Shown one piece after another: positions 51,227 through 64,000 of a DNA stretch of 64,000 nt. The DNA comes from Chrysemys picta bellii (lineage: Eukaryota). The notes beneath the pieces were generated by a model. The model did not search any database. It had not been told where the DNA came from and saw nothing but the letters and a program-made list of their open reading frames with translations. Position 1 is the first letter of the stretch, and each line of letters opens with the position of its first letter. A program made the translations under genes and the position numbers. The DNA lies in NCBI RefSeq assembly GCF_011386835.1, contig NC_088807.1, positions 25,172,001 through 25,236,000 on the forward strand. Direction: 5' to 3'.

Positions 51227-54217
51227 TCAGTGTCTCTTGGGCTTGACAGAGTCCAGCGCCCTCTGGGCAGCGCTCAGGTGCCCCCAGGCGTCGAGGAGGA
51301 GGATGGAGGGGATGATGATCCACAGGGCGTTCATGAAGACGAAGTAGAACCAGAAGTAAAGCGGGTGCCACATCTCGCTGTGGGCGAAGCCTTCTCGGTA
51401 TTCAGTGTAGAAGTACAGGATGTCGCCATACAGCTGGCCTGGGGTGGGGAGGAAAGGTCAAGGGGTCAGATTGAGGAGAATCCAAGGGTCATGGAAAGAT
51501 CAGGGGGCATCTGGGGTCCAGGCTAGGTCAAGATGAAGCTGATCTGGGACCTTTGACCATCAGCCCCTGAGCCATTCTACAGCCAGGGAGAGAACCCAGG
51601 AGTCCTGCCTCCCAACCCCTCCGGTTCTAACCACTAGACCCCCCTCCCCAAGCTAGGGAGGGGACCCAGGCATCCGGCTGCCCTTACCCAGCGACACCAC
51701 CAGCTGCAGGACGTAGCGGTGGGGCTGGCGTTGGAGGAAGGCCAGCACAGTCAACAGGCTCAGCGGGCCCCACGCCCAGGCAGTGATGGTCTCCATGCAC
51801 ACGGTGAAATTGTCCTCTCTGCAGACAGAGGAGAGAGGCACCCAAGGGTTAACCCAACTTCTAAAGCCCCCCCGTTCCCATCCCTCCCAAACAACCATAT
51901 GTCTCAGCTCGCACCTCATTGGCCTCAGTTTCCCCAGCCGTACCATGAGGAGTATGGTCCTGCCTGGGTGTGTTTAGACTGGAAGCTCTTTGGGGTCTCA
52001 GTGCGGGGAGGGGTCTGTGTAGCACCAGGCACAATGTGGGGCTTCATGCACCCAGTAATGCAAGGGCTATGATCTCCCTCTGGGAGGGGCTGTGCGGGGA
52101 CAGGGGCCCCGATCTAGCGGCTGGTGGGGTGGGGGGTTATGCAGCACCTAACAGGGGCCCTGCTCTCAGGGGTGGGTCCGTGCAGCGCCTGGCACGACAG
52201 GGCAGGTTCTCTGGTCTCGGTTGGCCGGGAAGTCGGCCGTGCTGATCACAACAGCCCCTTCTGTCCCCAGAACCTACCAACCCACGAGCGGCGTGGCTGT
52301 GAAAAGGCCATGGCACGACGCAGCAAACCCGGCTGATCTTTTGGGACCTGGCAAGCTACATTCCCAGGACATGTGGAGGAGAAGCGGGTGGCGCCAGCGC
52401 CCCTGCCCCACAGACTCAGCCTTCCGAACTTCGCCCTGAGATTGGGGAGGGAATTGGGGGGCCAATCTTTAGACTGACACCGCCCCGGTCGATTTATGTG
52501 TCGCTTCTTTGGCTGTTTTCCCCGCAGCGCTCCTGCCTTACGGCTAAAAGGGGCTTCCTCCAAAGGGCTGCGTGTTATTGATAGCCCGTCGTTTGCTGGG
52601 AATAACGCAATGAAGGCAGGGGGCAGTCACCCGGAATTGGTCTAGCTTCGACTTCGAGCCGTCGGATCGGGTTTGACCTTCCTCTGCTCGATCAAGCACC
52701 CGTTCTCAAATGTTTGTTCCCTGCGTAGATACGACCGGGATCCAATCACCCTTCAGCCGTCTCTTTGTTCAGCTCCATAGCTGGAGCTCAGGGAGTCTCT
52801 CACGCCAAGGCTGGGTTTCTGATCCTTGAATCATTCTCATAGCACTTCTCTGACGCCCCCCGACTGATCAACGGACGCCGGATCCCAGCAGCAGTGGCAC
52901 CAGGGCCAAATCCCCGTTTTGGCCCCAGCGTCGCACCGGGAGCCCCCATTCAGCCGATTGTCCCCCATGACCTCCAAATCTTTGTCAAGACAGAGTCCCC
53001 CCCATCCTGTACGCATTGCCTGTGTGCTTTGTTCCTGGAGGGATGCATTTGCATTTAGTGATATTAAACCACATAGTGTTTGCTTGCGCTGAGCTAGCAG
53101 GCACGTGTGAAACCTGATGGGTTTTTTGAAGGCTGCATCCGATCCATTCCAAAATTTCCCGGTGGATTTTGGGCAGACGCCAGTGGATTGGGGTGGGTGG
53201 GTGGGAAGGAATCAGAAAAGGGGAAGGGGGGGAATGGGACACACAAAGACTAAAACTCACATGACATATCGGCTGTCTCCTTTGGCGTACTCCTTCCCTG
53301 GAGGCAGAAACAAGATTCAGCTGAAACAGTCGCTCGTCGGGTCACAGAGAACGAATCAAACTCATCATTTTATGGGAGGGGAGGGAGGACCATGGAGAGG
53401 TTTTGAAACGAGGGAGGAAATATTCTAAAACCCATTCGGTTTTCACAAAGTTTTGGGGCTGGGAATTTCCATAGTTTCCTCTCCCAGCTAGGAGCAGTGG
53501 AACCTCTGGAGCTGTTTCTACAAGGATCCGTAGTTCTCCCCGGCCTCCCGGCCCGTCTCTCCAGAAGAGGATTCACCCGGAGGGCAGGTAACCTGTCTAG
53601 CAGATTTCCTTTCCTCACATCACGGTAGCAAACAGCTCCCGTCAGGGCTCCCCTCAGCTGGGCTAGAACCCAGGAGTCCTGGCTCCCAGCCTCCCCTGCT
53701 CTAACCACTAGACCCAACTCCCCTCCCAGAGCTGGGGATGGAACCCAGGAGTCTTGCCTCCCAGCGCCTCTGCTCTAACCACTAGACCCCACTCCCCTCC
53801 CAGAGCTAGAGATCGAACCCAGGAGTCCCGGCTCCCAGTCTAACCCACCAGAGTCCATCCCCCATCCAAAGAACCCAGGAGTCCTGGTTCCCATGCCTTA
53901 CACAACTGGGAGAGGAAGGACTGGTCCCCTGGTATATCCGTGTGGTAGAGGCTGAACCAGCCCTCAATCACGCCATGGATGAAGCCGCAGATGGCGAACC
54001 AACAGAGGGCCAGGCGGCGCCCGGTCCTCATGGGCGCCCCCGTCCACCCCCGCCAGCCGGCGGCCAGCCAGGTGAGCGTCAGCAGGGCCGCCGAGACAGA
54101 GAAGAGGAAAGCCAGGCTGTGCCAGGTGGGGCGGTCGTTGGGGATGTAGCGCCGGATCTCCAGGTCCCGGGGCCAGTAAGGGTGGGGGGCGGCGAGGGGC
54201 TCGGCCTCCAGCCCCAT
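51227..54217 (-). CDS. EBP: 3-beta-hydroxysteroid delta8-delta7 isomerase (emopamil-binding protein), 4 coding exons, 231 aa
   Basis: Exons 53902-54217 (HPYWP...[17 protein letters not shown]; acceptor at 54240), 53261-53297 ([11 protein letters not shown]), 51688-51818 ([12 protein letters not shown]) and 51227-51438 ([16 protein letters not shown]) sum to 696 nt. Confidence 0.97.
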
Positions 54218-54299
54218 GGCAGGCAAGACAGCGACTCCCTCTGCAAAGGAAAAAAGGGATGGTGTCAGGAAGGGGATCCAGGGAGTTTCCCCTCTAGGG

Positions 54300-54860
54300 G
54301 GCGCCGGCTCTGATCCGGATTGGCGGGCGGGGGGGGGGCAGATCCACCCCCAGCTGGGCTGGGAACGGGGACCCCCGGGGGGGGCTGTACGTCACTGCGT
54401 GCAGCCCCCTGCGTGCCCGCCCCGGCAGCCCCTCACCCGCTCAGCGCCTCCGGCCGGGTCCCGACGCTGCTGGCAGCTGACCGCAGACTGAGGCCGGCGC
54501 CCGGCCGGGCGGCCACCTGCAGCCCTAAGCCCCGCCCCCGCGACCAATGAGCGCGCTCCTTGGCTGGAGCAGGCGGGCGGGGCCGCCTCCTCCGCTCGAT
54601 CCGCCCACCCGTTGGGCCGCTGGCCTTTTCTTCGCGGCCAATGGGAGGCCGGGGCGCTGGTGGGCGGGGCCGCGAGAGGCCCTCCCGAGGAGCGGATTGG
54701 CCCAGAGGTCGGCTGAGGCGATGTGGGCTCAGCAGGGGCGGGGGCGGGGTAGCCATGGTAACAGGTGTCGTCAGAGCGGGAGATTTAAAAGGAGGCGAGA
54801 AGGGGCCGTATTTGGGCGGGGCCTGAGCCCAGGGGGAGGGGCCTGAGCCCAGGGGGAGGG
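54300..54860 (-). promoter_or_regulatory. EBP CpG-island promoter and non-coding first exon (donor at 54436)
   Basis: Minus-strand donor CGG|GTGAGG ends an exon at 54437. CCAAT boxes near 54544, 54639 and 54695, several GC boxes, X-box GTAGCCATGGTAAC at 54749-54762. Confidence 0.65.
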
Positions 54861-55654
54861 GCCAGTGTGCAGGGGAGGGGCCAGAGCCCAAGGGGAGGGG
54901 CTAATATCCAGGAGGAGGAGATTGTGCCCAGCAGGGGGAGGAGCCTTTGTCTAGCAGGGGGAGGGGCCATATCCAAGGGGAGAGGTCTGTGCCCAGGTGG
55001 AGGGTCCGATATCTAGGGGGGTGGGGCCTATTCCCAGGGGGTGCTCATCAGGGGAGGAGCCTGTGGCTGGAGGGTGGGGCTTATCTTCAAAGGCAAGGGT
55101 GAGGCAGATGGGGAGGTCCACTTACAGTTGTCCTGGGTCCATGGGAGGGGCTTATACTCAGTGCGGGGGAGGGGCTTATACTCTGCGGGGGGAGGGGCTT
55201 CTCCCAAGGTGCAGGGTCTTAACCCAGCTGGTAGAGGGATTGCAGCTATTCCCCGGCTGCCCTGCCCCAGAGGTGGCTGCATCTCAGCATCGGATGAGCC
55301 AGCCCCGTGTTGCGTTATGTGTGGCTGTTCCCCGGCTGCCCTGTCCCAGAGGTGGCTGTATCTCAGTGCCAGGTGAGCCCTCCCCATGTGGTGTTATATG
55401 CAGCTGTTCCCCAGCTGTCCCAAAACTTGTTTAATGCTAGCTAAAGTGAGATTAGCGCAAACCACACGGGGCAGGTCGCCTGGGTTCCCTGCCACCTTTC
55501 GCAGGGTGGGCCCTCCTTTCTCTGCGCTTCCTCACCGGCAGAGCGGACATAGGGCACTGTCCTGCCTCCCGGGGTTAAGGTGTCAAGTGACTGTGAGGTG
55601 CTGAGATACTGTAGCAATGGGGGACAGAGAAGTACCTAAAATATAGACCCCTCC

Positions 55655-56000
55655 ACAGCTCTAACCACTAGCCCTCACTCCCCTCCCAGAGCCAGGGAGA
55701 GAACCCAGGAGTCCTGGCTCCCAGCCCCTCCCTGCTCTAACCACTAGCCCTCACTCCCCTCCCAGAGCCAGGGAGAGAACCCAGGAGTCCTGGCTCCCAG
55801 CCCCCCCCCTGCTCTAACCACCAGCCCTCACTCCCCTCCCAGATCCAGGGAGAGAACCCAGGAGTCCTGGCTCCCAGCCCCCCCTGCTCTAATCCACTAG
55901 ACCCCTCCCCTCCCCGAGCTGCGGAGACTAGAGAACCCAGGAGTCCTGGCCCCCACTCCCCTCCCAAAGCCAGGGAGAGAACCCAGGCGTCCTGGCTCCG
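55655..56000. repeat. Family A tandem array between the EBP and PORCN 5' ends
   Basis: About 4-5 units, C-rich orientation on +. Confidence 0.85.
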
Positions 56001-56039
56001 AGCGCTGGAGATAGAGGGCATCCATTGGCTGTCTTGATC

Positions 56040-56232
56040 GCCCGCCCCGTCCCATCCCATCCGGCTCCCGATTGGCCGAGCCGAGCCGTCTCCTCTTCCC
56101 ATAGGAGGGTACGCCGATCCTTCCCGCCCCCAAATTTAAAGGGGATTAGCTCCCCCTCCCCCCGGGAGAGCCGGACCGCAGGACTGGCCGCGCGGGGACA
56201 GACAGACCTGGAGGGAGAGGCTCGCTGCAAAG
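56040..56232 (+). promoter_or_regulatory. Candidate PORCN promoter and non-coding first exon
   Basis: CpG patch with ATTGG and TTTAAA, then a plus-strand donor AAG|GTAC at 56232/56233. The next acceptor at 57478 precedes the ATG. Confidence 0.4.
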
Positions 56233-56940
56233 GTACCCGGGCCCCGCGCGAGCCACAGCTGGACGGGGGGGGAGAGCAGGGAACGCCCCCTCCTGCCCCC
56301 TCCCACATCTGGCTCCAGCCACCAGTGCAGCTGGTTAGGGGAACCCCCTCTCCTCCATTCCCGCCACATCTGGATGCAGGGCCCAGTGTGGCTGCAGAGG
56401 GGGAATCCCACCCCCACCCCTGGCCGCCTCTGGCCACATCTGGATGTCAGTGCCGGTCTCCCAGGCTTCTCACTTGGGGGGAGAGGCGGGTTATCAAGAC
56501 ATGTTGCCTTGGGGGGAATGGGGCGGGGGGAGCCCCCCCCAGCGTTCCTAGTTCTCAGATTGGGGTGATGCACATTTCACTCATTCAATACCACCCCCCT
56601 TCCACCCTCACCCCACCACCCCCCTGTGGCCCAGCGGTGTCCCAGATTCCGGGGGTCCCAGGCTGGATCAGGCCCTGGTCGATCTATGTGAATCCTGGAA
56701 AATAGATAGATCAGTGTGCTAGGGTTTGGGAAGATAGATAGGTGTATGGAGATGGATGGATGGATCGAAGGGTGTGTATGGGGCGGATGGAGAGATAGGT
56801 TGGTACGTATGGGGAGGGATGGACGGATGGATGGAACGACAGATGGGTGTTTATGGAGCTGGGTGGATCGATAGAGGGGTGTGCAGGGGGATGGGTGGAT
56901 AGGTACATAGGTAGGGGGTGGAGCAGGGTGAATGGATGGA

Positions 56941-57016
56941 TAGAATAATTGTAATGTCAGGCTGGAAGGGATCTTGTGAAGTCACCAAGTCCAGCCCCCT
57001 GCGCTGAGATGGGACC
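56941..57016 (-). mobile_element. CR1 LINE (or CR1-tailed SINE) 3'-end fragment
   Basis: gctggaagggatcttgtgaagtcaccaagtccagcccc is the reverse complement of the CR1-type tail of the SINE at 16795. Confidence 0.65.
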
Positions 57017-57087
57017 ATTCATCTAACCATCCACACATCCATCCATTCATCAACCAGCTAACCATCCGTTCATCTAACCATCTAACC

Positions 57088-57287
57088 CAGTGGGTCTCAA
57101 ACTTTTTTACTGGTGACCCCTTTCACATCGTAAGCTTCTGAGTGCGACGACCCCCCCCCAATAAATTCAACACATTTTTAAATATATTTAACAGCATTAT
57201 AAATGCTGGAGGCAAGTGGGGTTTGGGGTGAAGGTTGACAGTTTGTGACCCCCTGAGGGGTCCTGCCCCCCAGTTTGAGAACCCCTT
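57088..57287. mobile_element. hAT/Charlie-like MITE (200 bp)
   Basis: TIRs CAGTGGGTCTCAAACT...AGTTTGAGAACCCCT. Perfect 8-bp TSD ATCTAACC at 57080-57087 and 57288-57295. Confidence 0.88.
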
Positions 57288-57486
57288 ATCTAACCATCCA
57301 TTCATCAACCACCCACACATCCATCCCTCTAACCATCCATGAAGCCAGCCAATCAAACATCCCAGTATGTCTGTCCCTCGCCCCCCATCTCCATAGGCTC
57401 TTTCTGCTCTATGTCCTCTCCAGCACCTGCCCATCCTGGTTCTCCTTGACTCTCCCCCCGCCCCCCGTCTCTTTCAGGCCCTGGCA

Positions 57487-63687
<6,201 letters not shown>

Positions 63688-64000
63688 GTAAGTTTCCCCG
63701 GGGCCCAGACGGGCCCTTGCAGAACTGGCGGCTGTGTGGCATATGCCCCGTAGTGCTCACTGCCTGAGGGGGATTCTCCGGCCGCCTCTGGAGGGGTTAT
63801 GTGATGGCATGATCTGTGCGGGGTTGGGGGGGGCGGTTAAATACACACACCCACGCAGAGCAGGGCTCATCTCCTCCTCTAGGGGGTAGCAGGGACACAC
63901 ACACACTATGCAGCGATGTGTGTCCTATGCCCCGTACTGTCACACACCCCCAGGGGGATTCTCCTCAATCTCCAGGGCCAGTGTCCTGCTCTCACGTCTT

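Noticed and set aside
54300-54860. SREBP sterol response element in the EBP promoter
   Set aside because: Expected for a cholesterol-synthesis gene, but I saw no convincing ATCACCCCAC-like site.

Overview
GC-rich, gene-dense vertebrate genomic DNA. It is most likely turtle: it carries a tortoise-type tRNA-derived SINE with a CR1-like 3' tail and other turtle-type repeats. The window is orthologous to the human Xp11.23 cluster. Six intron-containing genes were resolved exon by exon, each exon with GT-AG junctions and consistent phases. Five are on the minus strand: SUV39H1 (exons 1-4; the 3' end lies off the left edge), WAS (12 exons, 497 aa), SLC38A5 (15 coding exons, 498 aa), TBC1D25 (6 exons, 691 aa) and EBP (4 coding exons, 231 aa). 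PORCN is on the plus strand, includes both the 18-nt and 15-nt microexons, and runs off the right edge. Introns and intergenic DNA are packed with minisatellites and with two short repeat families that occur both dispersed and in tandem. There is also a solo LTR with a perfect 5-bp TSD and two hAT-type MITEs. Most long ORFs in the supplied track are repeat artefacts. The most unusual signal is that several local minisatellites are homotypic arrays of single transcription-factor motifs: about 10-11 CTCF motifs (two arrays), at least 8 DR1 elements, about 7 RFX X-boxes and ETS sites. Repeat copies in opposite orientation also bracket individual exons. All regulatory interpretations are motif-level inferences without functional data, and motif counts were made by eye.
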